64,000 nucleotides of DNA. It comes from an uncultured Gammaproteobacteria bacterium (GTDB lineage: Bacteria > Pseudomonadota > Gammaproteobacteria > Steroidobacterales > MnTg04). A program made the position numbers and the translations under genes. The stretch lies in contig CAZMOM010000015.1 of assembly GCA_964568075.1 (NCBI GenBank), positions 7,385-71,384 of the forward strand, in the 5' to 3' direction. This document shows, piece by piece, positions 35,944 to 46,600 of this stretch. Under the pieces are notes generated by a model. The model saw only the letters and a list, made by a program, of their open reading frames with translations. It ran no database searches and was not told the DNA's origin. Every line of letters starts with the position of its first letter. Positions within the stretch are counted from its first letter, which is position 1.

Positions 35944-36915
35944 TCATTTCGTCGCGATGAGGACCCAGGCCAACGGGAGATCATCGTCCGGAGTTGCCAG
36001 CGGGTCGGCACGTTTTGTCGTGTAGCCCTGGTTGCGTAGTCCGCCGCAAATCCGGTCAAACACCTCACGATCGATAGCGGATTGACACATGGATGACATG
36101 CGTCCCGCATAGGCGTCCAGCTCCCCATCCATTCTGTTCAGCCAGTCCAGTACCTCGGTTGGCTCGTACCGCTGCATTTGACTATGAATCTGGTCCACGT
36201 CACCGTAGAGGCGAGCGATGGTATCACCGGCGACGTGCTCTCCGTGTTGCGTCATGATCGCCTCAAGAGCCTGTACCGCAGGAGCGAGCTGTGTCGCGGC
36301 AGCCTCGTAGGGCGCCCTGTCGGCTCCGCGGCACGCTGCGAAACCCGCGCTGAGCATCTCGATGGAATACGGAATAAACCTGGATTCCTGCAATCGTAAT
36401 ATCGCCTCCAGGCTTGCCGAACACTCGCGGTGGATGCTGCTTTCCAGGCTGTGCAGCAAGAGTGCAAGCCGCCCGCCTGCCGCAACCAGGCGGGCGACCT
36501 CGTCGATAGCCTCCAGGCCGGCATATTCCACGCCAAACTGGCTCGTGGCGACGTCGAAGCCAGCGGAGTCCAGCGGGATGGAGCGTGCGTCTGCGACCAC
36601 GCCGCGTACATCGGGAAATCTGTCGCGGATATTTGTGATAGCCGCAGCAGACACATCGAGAGAGGTGAAATCGGGTGGCTGGTCTCCGAATACGGCCAGT
36701 GCGCGTTCGACCACCGCGCCGTTGCCGCTGGCAATATCGATTAACTTCGGCGCGTCGAAATCCCGTTTCACCGCAGCAAAGAAATCATCCCAGAACGCCA
36801 GGATGGCGGGATGGCTGACGCCGCCGCTGGAATACGCGCCGACGTCGCCGGTGCCGTGCCAGTAGGTATCCCAGCTTTCGGCTACCTGTGAAAAGTCAGA
36901 CTTGGGGTCGATCAT
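35944..36915 (-). CDS. class I SAM-dependent methyltransferase
   Basis: Motif I ..LIDIASGNGAV.. and post-I/II acidic residues (..SLDVS.., ..VVADARS..); 323 aa. Confidence 0.8.
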   Translation of the reverse strand: MIDPKSDFSQVAESWDTYWHGTGDVGAYSSGGVSHPAILAFWDDFFAAVKRDFDAPKLIDIASGNGAVVERALAVFGDQPPDFTSLDVSAAAITNIRDRFPDVRGVVADARSIPLDSAGFDVATSQFGVEYAGLEAIDEVARLVAAGGRLALLLHSLESSIHRECSASLEAILRLQESRFIPYSIEMLSAGFAACRGADRAPYEAAATQLAPAVQALEAIMTQHGEHVAGDTIARLYGDVDQIHSQMQRYEPTEVLDWLNRMDGELDAYAGRMSSMCQSAIDREVFDRICGGLRNQGYTTKRADPLATPDDDLPLAWVLIATK

Positions 36916-37081
36916 GATTGGGCGAATTTATTAAATGGCGCAATCAGTCAGTATAACAATCGCAATTCGATAATAATACCGCCGACCGCCTGCACCGGTC
37001 AGGCTCTGCGCCAAAAATGATTCATAGTGTTCGGCAAATGTTTTTGATAGATTTGAAGCGCTACGATTTCCGGCAAATTAA

Positions 37082-38665
37082 ATGACCAGCGTACTTTCAA
37101 AAATCAGCGTGACCGCCAGACGAGCTGCGCGCTCCCAGGACTGGGCAACAGTCGATGCCTGTGCCAATGAAATTCTGCGGCAGGACCAGACCAGTGCCGA
37201 GGGGTATTTTCTGGCCGGGATCGTGCAAAGGGCCGCGGGCAAACCGGCGAAAGCCGCGCAGGCATTCGAAAAAGCGCTGGCGCTGGACGCAGATCGTTAC
37301 GATGCCGCTGTTGAACTGGCCAATCAGTTTTCGATTGCGCGGCGTAACCGTGACGCGGCGGCGCTCCTCGCAAAATACGAGGAGAAACTAGCTAACAGTC
37401 CGATGTATCTGGATCTGGCCGGTACGGTTTATGTAGATATCGGGATGTCCCAGAGAGCCTGGCCTTTGTATCAGAAAGCCACGACGTTGCAACCGGGCGT
37501 CGATCTGTTTCAGGCGAACCTCGCCTCCTGCGGAGTTTATCTCGGCAAAATCAAGGAAGCCAAGGCTATTTACCGGGCCTTGCTGGAGCGATTTCCAGGT
37601 CACCGGCGAAACCATTACCAGTTGTCTCGCCTGGAGACGGCAACGGACGCCACGCATGTGGAACAGATGAAAGAGATCCTGCGCACCAGCGATGACCCGC
37701 CCGACAAGAATGTGTTCATGTATTACGCGATCGGCAAGGAACTGGAAGACCTGGAACAGTGGGACGAGTCGTTCGAGTATTACCAGAAGGCCGGCGACGC
37801 AGTGACCGGTGTCGCTGCCTATGATATCGCCGCAGACATCGCGGTAATCGACAAGATCATCGACGTTTGTAACGCCGAGTGGCTGGCCGATGAGGCAGGC
37901 AGGGGCCCGGCGGATGACTCGGAAAAGACGCCGATATTTATCGTCGGTCTCCCGCGTACCGGTACGACCTTGGCCGAGCGAATCGTTTCCAGCCATACCC
38001 AGGTCGAAAGTGTCGGTGAGACGCAGTTCCTGCAGATGGTGCTACGACGTGAAAGCGGTATCCACAGTGTCGAGAATATGAACCCGGCGATGGTCGAGGC
38101 CGTGGCGCAGAAAGATATGGGCCTGATCGCCAGAGGATACCTGGACGAAGTGCGGTATAGACTCGGCGATGAGCCGATGTTTATCGACAAGCTGCCGTTC
38201 AATTTCCTGTTTCTCGGATTTATTGCCAAGGCGTATCCGAATGCGCGGATTATTCACCTCGGGCGAAATCCGATGGACGCCTGTTTCTCCATGTACAAGC
38301 AGGTATTTACCTGGGCGTACAAATTTTCCTATTCGCTGGAGGGACTCGGTCAGTACTATGTGGCCCATGATCGATTGCGAAATCATTGGCGGGAAGTCTT
38401 GAAAGATCGCATGGTCGAGGTCGAATACGAATCGCTGGTGACCGATCAGGAAGGTCAGACACGTTTCATGCTGGACAAATTGGGTCTGGAGTTCGAGGAA
38501 GCCTGTCTCGATTTCGATAAGAACAAGGCGCCGAGCGCTACGGCGAGTTCTGTCCAAGTGCGGGAAAAAGTCCACAGCCGTTCCATCAATAAGTGGAGCC
38601 GATACGCCAAACAACTGCAGCCGCTCAGGGAATATTTCGAGAGCGCAGGCATTTCGGTTGATTGA
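37082..38665 (+). CDS. TPR-repeat + sulfotransferase domain protein (paralogue 1)
   Basis: N-terminal ~250 aa of TPR-like repeats. C-terminal sulfotransferase with the PAPS 5'-phosphosulfate loop GLPRTGTTL and the 3'-phosphate motif RNPMDACFSMYKQ. Confidence 0.85.
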   Translation: MTSVLSKISVTARRAARSQDWATVDACANEILRQDQTSAEGYFLAGIVQRAAGKPAKAAQAFEKALALDADRYDAAVELANQFSIARRNRDAAALLAKYEEKLANSPMYLDLAGTVYVDIGMSQRAWPLYQKATTLQPGVDLFQANLASCGVYLGKIKEAKAIYRALLERFPGHRRNHYQLSRLETATDATHVEQMKEILRTSDDPPDKNVFMYYAIGKELEDLEQWDESFEYYQKAGDAVTGVAAYDIAADIAVIDKIIDVCNAEWLADEAGRGPADDSEKTPIFIVGLPRTGTTLAERIVSSHTQVESVGETQFLQMVLRRESGIHSVENMNPAMVEAVAQKDMGLIARGYLDEVRYRLGDEPMFIDKLPFNFLFLGFIAKAYPNARIIHLGRNPMDACFSMYKQVFTWAYKFSYSLEGLGQYYVAHDRLRNHWREVLKDRMVEVEYESLVTDQEGQTRFMLDKLGLEFEEACLDFDKNKAPSATASSVQVREKVHSRSINKWSRYAKQLQPLREYFESAGISVD

Positions 38666-38710
38666 GTCTTTGGTGGCGCTGTCGCCGGAAAACGATGTCC
38701 GATTAAGCAC

Positions 38711-40285
38711 GTGAACGACAATCTCTCAAAGGTCAGTGCCATCGCCAGGAGAGCGGCCCAGGCCCGGAACTGGAAGACCGTCAGCGCCTGCGCCGGTAAG
38801 ATACTGCAGCAGGACAGAAAAAGCCCGGAGGGCTATTTCCTGTCCGGGCTGGTGGATAAAGCCGCCAGGCGGGCAGAGAAAGCCAGCGACTCATTTACCA
38901 AAGCGATTACTCTCGACGCCGAGCGTTACGATGCGGCGATAGAGCTGGCCGGTCAGTATGCGATATTGCTACGCCATGACGAGGCGCTCGACTTGCTGCA
39001 GCAATATGAGTCACGCTTGGGTAACAGCCCGCTCTACCTCGACATGGCTGCGACCACCTATACGAGGCTCGGATTGCACGCACAGGCCGGGCCCTTGTAT
39101 CAGAAGGCCAACGAGCTGCAACCAGGCATCGATCTGTTTCAGGCAAACCTCGCCGCTTGTTCCGTGTATCTGGGTAAGATCGAAGAAGCGAAAGCCATCT
39201 ATCGAACTCTGCTGGAGCGACACCCTGACCATCAGAGAAATCATTACCAGTTGTCTCGCCTGGAAAGGGCGAGTGACACGGCGCACGTGGAGCAGATGCA
39301 GAAAAGTCTTGATTCGACCAAGCTGCCGGCGGAAAAAAACATCTTCATGTATTACGCGATCGGCAAGGAGCTTGAGGATCTGGAGCGATGGCAGGAGGCG
39401 TTTCACTATTACAAACTGGCCGGCGATGCGGTGGCCGGCGTGGCCAACTACGATGTCGGCAACGATATCGAGGTGATCGACAAGATTATCGAGGTTTGCG
39501 ATGCCGACTGGCTGTCCAGCGGGAATGCAAGACCACGATCGGACGACCCACGAAAAACCCCGATTTTTATTGTGGGCCTTCCACGTACGGGTACGACCTT
39601 GACCGAGCGAATCGTTTCCAGCCACTCACAGGTCGAAAGCGCGGACGAAACATTTTTCATGCAGATACTGGTTCAGCGTGTCAGCGGAACCAATAGCAGA
39701 GAAAACATCAGCCCGGCGATAATCGCGGCGGCGGCGAAACAAGATATTGCACGCATTGCCAAAGGGTATCTGGATGCGGTGGATTACAGACTCAGCGACC
39801 GACCAATGTTCATTGACAAACTTCCTGAGAATTTCTTGTATCTCGGATTCATAGCCAAAGCCTTTCCCGATGCGCACATTATCCACCTCCGGCGAAATCC
39901 GCTGGATGCCTGCTTCGCCATGTATAAACAATCTTTTTTCAAGTTCGCCTACACGCTGGAAAGTCTGGGTAAATATTACGTGGCTTACGATCGTCTTCAT
40001 CATCACTGGCGAGAGGTTCTAAAGGATCGCCTGATCGAAATCGAATACGAATCGCTGGTAGCGGATCAGGAGGGCCAGACCAGAGCGCTGCTGGACAAGC
40101 TGGGTCTGGATTTCGAGCAAGCGTGCCTCGATTTCGACCAGAACAAGGCCCCCAGCGCCACCGCGAGTTCGGTGCAGGTACGCGAAAAGGTCCATAGCCG
40201 ATCGGTCAACAAGTGGAAAAATTTCGCCAGCGAATTGCAGCCTCTGAAGGATCAGCTTGAAAAAGCCGGCATCTCAGTGAACTAG
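38711..40285 (+). CDS. TPR-repeat + sulfotransferase domain protein (paralogue 2)
   Basis: GTG start. Full-length collinear paralogue of 37082-38665 (GLPRTGTTL, RNPLDACFAMYKQ, identical ..NKAPSATASSVQVREKVHSRS..). Confidence 0.85.
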   Translation: MNDNLSKVSAIARRAAQARNWKTVSACAGKILQQDRKSPEGYFLSGLVDKAARRAEKASDSFTKAITLDAERYDAAIELAGQYAILLRHDEALDLLQQYESRLGNSPLYLDMAATTYTRLGLHAQAGPLYQKANELQPGIDLFQANLAACSVYLGKIEEAKAIYRTLLERHPDHQRNHYQLSRLERASDTAHVEQMQKSLDSTKLPAEKNIFMYYAIGKELEDLERWQEAFHYYKLAGDAVAGVANYDVGNDIEVIDKIIEVCDADWLSSGNARPRSDDPRKTPIFIVGLPRTGTTLTERIVSSHSQVESADETFFMQILVQRVSGTNSRENISPAIIAAAAKQDIARIAKGYLDAVDYRLSDRPMFIDKLPENFLYLGFIAKAFPDAHIIHLRRNPLDACFAMYKQSFFKFAYTLESLGKYYVAYDRLHHHWREVLKDRLIEIEYESLVADQEGQTRALLDKLGLDFEQACLDFDQNKAPSATASSVQVREKVHSRSVNKWKNFASELQPLKDQLEKAGISVN

Positions 40286-40337
40286 CGCTTGTTTGTTTCG
40301 CGATCCTCCTGACCGTCGCCCCGGGCGTCACCGCGGG

Positions 40338-42077
40338 CTAATGGCGCGAGGTCGCGTTCGCCGGCAGCGAGAAGAATTGCAACTCTCCAAGCTCGTCTTC
40401 CAGCGACTCCAGAACTTCGGGCGGCTCATCTTGGAGCCGGTTGGCCCAGCGTTCCGCTTCGGTCATGTAATGATCGTAAAGCTGTTTGCGCAATTCCAGC
40501 GACAGGATCGCCGGCTCCCCTGCCTCATTGCCTAGCGCCGCATCGAGCGAGAAGCTCTGCAGCTCATCTGTTGTCTGCCTGTGCGACCAGGTGCCGCTGC
40601 ACAGATCGAAGTTATACAGACCGAGGAAGCGGTATCCATGCATCGCAATGAAGCGCACCGCCTCGATGACGTAGTTTGCCTCGGCGTCATCCATGACCCA
40701 GTGCAGGCCGATCCGGCACCATCCCGGCTTCATACCGCAGTATCCGTTCTGCACCACGTGCCGGTAACGATCCGACGTGTCCTGATCGATGTTCAGCAGC
40801 CTGTGACCATAAGGTCCCGCACAGGAGCAACCGGCACGAGACTGAATGCCGAAGAGGTCGTTGAGCAAAGCGGTAACGAATTTGTGGTGCAGGTAATTCC
40901 CCTCCCGGTCCTTTACGTTGAAGGAGATAATGCCAACCCGCCGCGCCGGATCCGGGCTGCCGAGGATTTCGATGTTGTCCTCATCGCCCCAACTCTTCAG
41001 CGCACGCCGCGTCAGCTCATGCTCTCTCTTTTCGATGACATCAGTGCCGACTCGATCCTTGATCTGAAATACCAGCCCCGCCTTTAATGTCTGCAGCACG
41101 CCCGGGGTGCCGGCTTTCTCACGCTCCTCGATCCCGCTGATAAAATCCTGCCCTTCCATGCCGACATAGTCGACCGTTCCGCCGGCGCTGACACTCGGTG
41201 GCAACTCGCGATGGTAGATGCGCTCGTTGAAAACCAGTACGCCACTTGAGCCCGGCCCACCGAGAAACTTGTGGGGTGAAATGAACAGCGCATCGATTGC
41301 CGGATCATCACCCTCGCCCGCCGGTTCGGGGTTCATGTCGATATCGATATATGGTGCACAGGCGGCAAAATCGAAACAGGCGATCGCACCATGAGCGTGC
41401 AGCAAGCTCGCGACCTTGCCAACATTTGTGCGAATGCCCGTGACGTTCGAGGCCGCCGAAAATGACCCGATGCGCAGGCGATCCTGGAACGCCGGATCCT
41501 GTAAAAGTTCTTCCAATTGTGCGAGATCGATATTTCCACCGGCGTCCAACCGGACTTCGATCGTGGTTGCCAGTGACTGCCGCCAGGAAATTTCGTTCGA
41601 ATGATGTTCGTAAGGCCCGATAAAGACGACCGGTTGCTTATCTCCGCTGAGCTTGCGGAATGCCTCGCTGTCGAAGCCGGAGTCAGCGCTATCCAGCAAC
41701 TGATAGATGTTCTGCCGAGTGGCCGGCGCCAGCGCGACGCCAATGATTTGCTGCAATTTGTCGATCGCACCGGTTGCCCCCGTACCACAACAGATTATTC
41801 GCCCGCTGGGCCCGGCGTTTACCGATCGCTTGATGGCCTCTTCCGCTTCATGCAGCAACTGGCTCATGCTGCGTCCGGTGATGTCATCTTCCGTGTGGGT
41901 GTTCGCATATACCCTCTGCAAGCTTTGCAGGTAGGATTCCACGAAACGCAGGCACCGGCCCGATGCCGTATAGTCGCAATAGACCATTAGCCGTTCGCCG
42001 AATGGTGTTTCGAAAGTCGAATCCACACCGACAATTTGTTGCCGCAGATATGCAGGATCGAGTGGTTGAATGCTCAT
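40338..42077 (-). CDS. aminotransferase class V-fold PLP-dependent enzyme with ~150-aa C-terminal extension
   Basis: ..CCGTGATGAI.. and the PLP-lysine context ..FISPHKFLGGPGSSGVLVF..; 579 aa. Confidence 0.75.
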   Translation of the reverse strand: MSIQPLDPAYLRQQIVGVDSTFETPFGERLMVYCDYTASGRCLRFVESYLQSLQRVYANTHTEDDITGRSMSQLLHEAEEAIKRSVNAGPSGRIICCGTGATGAIDKLQQIIGVALAPATRQNIYQLLDSADSGFDSEAFRKLSGDKQPVVFIGPYEHHSNEISWRQSLATTIEVRLDAGGNIDLAQLEELLQDPAFQDRLRIGSFSAASNVTGIRTNVGKVASLLHAHGAIACFDFAACAPYIDIDMNPEPAGEGDDPAIDALFISPHKFLGGPGSSGVLVFNERIYHRELPPSVSAGGTVDYVGMEGQDFISGIEEREKAGTPGVLQTLKAGLVFQIKDRVGTDVIEKREHELTRRALKSWGDEDNIEILGSPDPARRVGIISFNVKDREGNYLHHKFVTALLNDLFGIQSRAGCSCAGPYGHRLLNIDQDTSDRYRHVVQNGYCGMKPGWCRIGLHWVMDDAEANYVIEAVRFIAMHGYRFLGLYNFDLCSGTWSHRQTTDELQSFSLDAALGNEAGEPAILSLELRKQLYDHYMTEAERWANRLQDEPPEVLESLEDELGELQFFSLPANATSRH

Positions 42078-42209
42078 TTAATATGCCTTCGTTATATGCC
42101 TTCGCCTGATTCCGGTTGGCTCAAGTGTGCGGCCAGGAGTTGCCAGGAACTATTGTGCCCTATTCGGCACCGTGCGAGGAAGCGCTGGTAGCTGGCGAAA
42201 TATGCATCC

Positions 42210-43361
42210 CTAACGCTCAAGGATAAGACGATAATTTTCGAGTTTGAGTGGCGTCACGACTGGCTCATTCATCCCGCTCAGGCCGCCGAGTTCATCGAGT
42301 ATCGGATCGATGTGCGCTTTTTGCCCGGAAGACAGGGACTGGTAATGGGCCAATGGTCGCTGAAACATCCATTGAGCGTATGGCATCACATAGCGGGTCG
42401 CCTTGACCTTGCCAAGAAAAAATTGGTGTTTGCCGATGAAGCGGGGAATTCCTCTGGCGTCCGGATGCTCTGCCGCCCATCGCCCGACTCGCCGTACAGT
42501 ATCCACGAGTACCGGCAATTGCTCATCGAACATGCGTTCCAGCAACGGATACAGTGTTTCCGGCACTTCATCATCGGCAAGAAAGCTGCCATCGAAATCA
42601 GTGGGCCGCTGCATGCGCTCGACCCATTTTGCGACATTCGGAGACTGCTGCCTCATCAGTTTGCCCGGGAAGGGGTCGCGATAAAGATGAGCATACAGCG
42701 GCCCGATCAGGCCGAAGTCGCCAATGCTCGGCCTGCTGCCCAGGAGATATGAATGGTCTTCGAGGTGCCGGTTGAAGTCACCGAGAAACGACTCATAACT
42801 CTTTTCTATTTCACCGATATTGCCTCGGCTCCGCCCCATGACGGGCTTGTACAGCGTACCGAACAGCATCGCCTTCGGAATCCCGCCTATTGGCCGTAAC
42901 ATACGTGGCCATCCCGGTTTAATGATGTCACCGAAATTTTTCAGGATATACGCCAGATTCTGTCGCTTGAAATGCCAGCGATAGTGCATCGCCGGCAACA
43001 CCAGCCACTCGTCGCCATAGACCTCAAACAGCAGCGAAACCAGCCTCTGCCACGGCCCCTCCGGATACACCGATGGTTCGGGATAGCGGCGTTCGAGGCA
43101 GTCGATGATCAGGGTCGTGTCCTGCACGTAATCGCCCTCGGGTGTCACGACCACCGGTATCACGCGACGCCCCACATGCTGATCGATGAGCTTGCGGTCC
43201 TCAGTCGTGACGCTCTCGGTAAACGGGATCTGCTTGTGGCGCAGATAGGCGCGGGCCTTCCCCGAATACAACGAGAATTCGTGACCCAGAAGGCGAAAAA
43301 GAGGGTCTGAGCCTTGCGGAAAATGGGGGGCAGACCACGGATTTCGCTGCCTATCGCTCAA
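42210..43361 (-). CDS. GST N-terminal (thioredoxin-fold) domain protein, long form
   Basis: ..LLGHEFSLYSGKARAYLRHKQIPF.. and ..VIPVVVTPEGDYVQDTTLIIDCLE.. resemble the GST_N/Grx2-like fold; 383 aa. Confidence 0.6.
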   Translation of the reverse strand: MSDRQRNPWSAPHFPQGSDPLFRLLGHEFSLYSGKARAYLRHKQIPFTESVTTEDRKLIDQHVGRRVIPVVVTPEGDYVQDTTLIIDCLERRYPEPSVYPEGPWQRLVSLLFEVYGDEWLVLPAMHYRWHFKRQNLAYILKNFGDIIKPGWPRMLRPIGGIPKAMLFGTLYKPVMGRSRGNIGEIEKSYESFLGDFNRHLEDHSYLLGSRPSIGDFGLIGPLYAHLYRDPFPGKLMRQQSPNVAKWVERMQRPTDFDGSFLADDEVPETLYPLLERMFDEQLPVLVDTVRRVGRWAAEHPDARGIPRFIGKHQFFLGKVKATRYVMPYAQWMFQRPLAHYQSLSSGQKAHIDPILDELGGLSGMNEPVVTPLKLENYRLILER

Positions 43362-43576
43362 TTGGATAGCCTGTAATTCAAGTTCGGGAGCGCATAGCGT
43401 AGCACGGCGGGAAAGCCAGCCCGGCCACTACGCACCGAATCGAATTGAAACGCTGGTGGGTCCCTTTTTTACGTGCGTGACCAGAATGTAGCAGGCACAG
43501 GGCGCTATTCGGATTTCGCAGCGCGATTGTTCGCGCAATGCGCCAGACGATTCTTTCGCGAAAATGACCCGACCTC

Positions 43577-43608
43577 AAAAAAACCGATGGGGGCCCGAAG
43601 GCTCCCAT
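43577..43608 (-). terminator. rho-independent terminator (minus strand) after the TonB-dependent receptor
   Basis: Minus strand: ATGGGAGCC-TTCG-GGCCCCCAT (one G-U pair), then CGG and T7. Begins 12 nt after the stop at 43620. Confidence 0.8.
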
Positions 43609-43619
43609 TCCTGATCCGC

Positions 43620-46600
43620 TTAACCACCGAAGTCGAATTTCATGTCGAAGTAGTAGTACCTGCCCAGATCCCTGTGCGCATCGGCAAAATATCCGAAAGA
43701 ATCATCGGTCAGCGGCGCTCTTTCGTCGGTGAGGTTGCTGATACCGAGACGAACCCTGGCATCGATACCGCCGCCAGCGCCGAAACTGTAATCGACCGAC
43801 CCGTTGAACGTCGTCATCGAGGGAAGAACGTATTCAGTGCCATCGGCCAGCGTCAACGACGTCTGTATAAAATCGCTGAGCCTCACCCCTGTAATGGCAG
43901 CGCCCCAGTCACCATTGCGCCAGCCGACGCGCAGCGTCTGCTTCAGCTCCGGGTTGCCATTCTGACGAATCAGGTCTGCAAAACCCGTCACCGGAATATT
44001 CAGCGGCAGCAGACCGGAATTCGCAGCCTCGAGCAACAACGCCGCGTCGCCGCCGGCAACCTGCTCGTATTTATCGAGAAAGGCGGCAAGCAGGCGCACA
44101 TCGAAAATACCGATCTCGCTGTCAATATTGTAATACAGGCCGATGTCATGCCCGCGAACGGTTCGTTTATCGAGATTGGCATATTGATCATCGATCCGCA
44201 GGATCGTTCCCGCCGGACAGATTCCCGCAGCGAGATACACTGCCGCTTCGGCTGGATCGACGATCGGATCCCGGACAACCGCCGGGTTTCCTTGAAAATT
44301 CGCACAATCGGCCGTGCCTGCCTGCTGACGCTGGACCAGGTCGAAAATAGTGTGATTTTCTTCACCAAAGAGGCCGATGGTGTCGTCTTTTTCAATCGAC
44401 CAGAAGTCCAAAGTGAATGTCAGCCCATCGACAGGCTCGAACACGATTCCAATCGATGTATTTGTTGACTCCTCCGGTACCAGCAAGTCACTACCCTGCG
44501 CGGTGCGCTGCATGCTGTAGCGGCAGTCGATTGTGACCTCGTTCGGATCCGCAAAGAAGCATACCCAGTCGTTGCGCGTGTTCGATCTCGCGACGCCAGC
44601 TTCATTGATCGTCACCAGATTCGGCGCTCTGAATGCCTCGGACCACGATGCACGCAGCAGTACCTGATCGACGGGCCGGTAACCCACAGCAAATTTACCA
44701 ACCGTCGTGTTACCGACGTCGGAAAAATCCTCATAGCGCAGCGCCAACTGCACGTCGACGTTATCCAGCACCGGAATCTGTAACTCGCTAAACAGCGAGG
44801 TTACGTTTCGGCTGCCCTGACTGTCGGGCGTCGGACTGGAGTTCACGACGTCGGAAATAAATGGATACGTATTGCCGCTGTTATCGGTGAATACGATCGT
44901 TCCGTCCAAACGCGGGTCCCGTGCGTCTACAAACGACTCCTTGCGATATTCGAATCCAGCCAGAAAACCGACTGGGCCGGCCGGGAGCCCGAAAATATCG
45001 CTTTGCGATATCTTGAAGTCGAACATTTTTAGCTCAGTCTCGTTGTCCCGGCGGACATCAACCAGTGCCCGTTCGATGTTGCTGTTATCACGACCGCTAA
45101 ATGGATTGATCGCCGCTGCCGTCGGATCGTTCAGGCCCTCTTGCAACAGCGTATTTGAAATCCGGTTGTGGGTGATGTCTTCTTTCTCGGCCCGCGACCA
45201 GGTAACCGCGGTTTCCCAGTCCCAGTCTCCCCAGTATCCTCTGAAGCCCTGCAGGAAGCGGTAAGTCTTGCCGTCATTGTCGACAATACGTGGCACCTGC
45301 GCCCAGCGGTAGAAATCGAGCTCGAGCGCCAGGCCCGTGCACGGCACGTCGGGGATCAGGGCGGCCGACAGGCGATTCGGCGAACCACATGGCCCGAACG
45401 GGTTGTAAAAATTATCCGCGGCGACCCTGTGCTTGGCGACGGCCCCAAGTTTTGTCGAAGCATGCCGGATCGTGTTCGTGTTTGACAGATAGGCGGAAAA
45501 TTCGGTGAAACTCTCAATGCCGTTCTCGAATTCGTGGTTGACGAAAACGAACAAATGGGTCCGGTCGAGTTCGGAGTACAGGTCGCGGTTTTCGTTCTGG
45601 TTGTAGCGGAACGTACCCTGCCCGTCGATACCACCGCAGGTCCCGAACCCGAGATCCCACTGGCAGCGCGCATCGCCCACAGGATAGGTCTCGAACTCCC
45701 CGGACCCATCTGTAAATACACCGTCCAACCCAAAGCCCGTGATACTGCCGAGGATATCGTACTGACCATATTCCGAATTTGAACTGGTGTTGTTAAACGC
45801 CGACGACCCCGTCCAGGGTGAGCCGGTGGGAATCAAACCCCGCAGGTCGCTGTTCGCCCACCTCGGGTCGTCCTGCGAGTTGACACGATCGCGTCTATAG
45901 TGGTTCAGGAATGTGCTGACATTGGTGCGCCCGCCATTGAAATTCTTGCCCCATTCCAGGGTGTAGGTCTGGCGACCACCCGGGATGTTATCGAATTCGG
46001 TGAACCTGGAACGCAGGCTGAATCCTTCGAAATCGGTTTTCAGTACATAATTAACGACGCCGGCAACGGCATCGGCACCATAAATCGCCGACGCGCCATC
46101 ACGCAGTACTTCGACCCGCTGCAAACCGGCCACCGGCAGCGACTGGGAATTCACGGTGTTGACCGGGACAAAACTGCCGCCAACTGCTTCGGTCTGGTAG
46201 CTCGCCGAGTTCACTAAGCGGCGGCCATTCAGCAATACCAAGGTGTTTCCCGTGCCGAGATTTCTAAGGTTGTAAGCGCCGATGTCGCCGCGAGCAGAGT
46301 TTATGCCACCGCTGATGTTTTCAGACTCACTGAAAAAGTTTTGCCCTTGCTCCGCCATATACTCAAGCAGCTCATCACCGGAATCTATGCCAAGCGCTTC
46401 GATATCTGCGGCGTCGATGACAGAAACCGGTAGCGCTTCTGAAATACTGGCTCCCCGAATCTGACTGCCCGTAACGATAACCTCCTCGATCTCCCGAGCG
46501 GGGGTTTGCTGCTCAGACGCAGCGGGCTGCTGAGCGGAGCCTGAATCTTCCTGAGCGAAGGCGCCGCCTGAAGACAGCGTGAAAATCAGGATACCTGCGA

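Noticed and set aside
43473-44468. 331-aa ORF on the plus strand; also 19575-20417 (-), 34271-35140 (-), 8169-8972 (-), 13262-13963 (-) and 30240-30959 (+)
   Set aside because: All of these lie antisense to, or out of frame within, confidently assigned genes. None has recognisable motifs.
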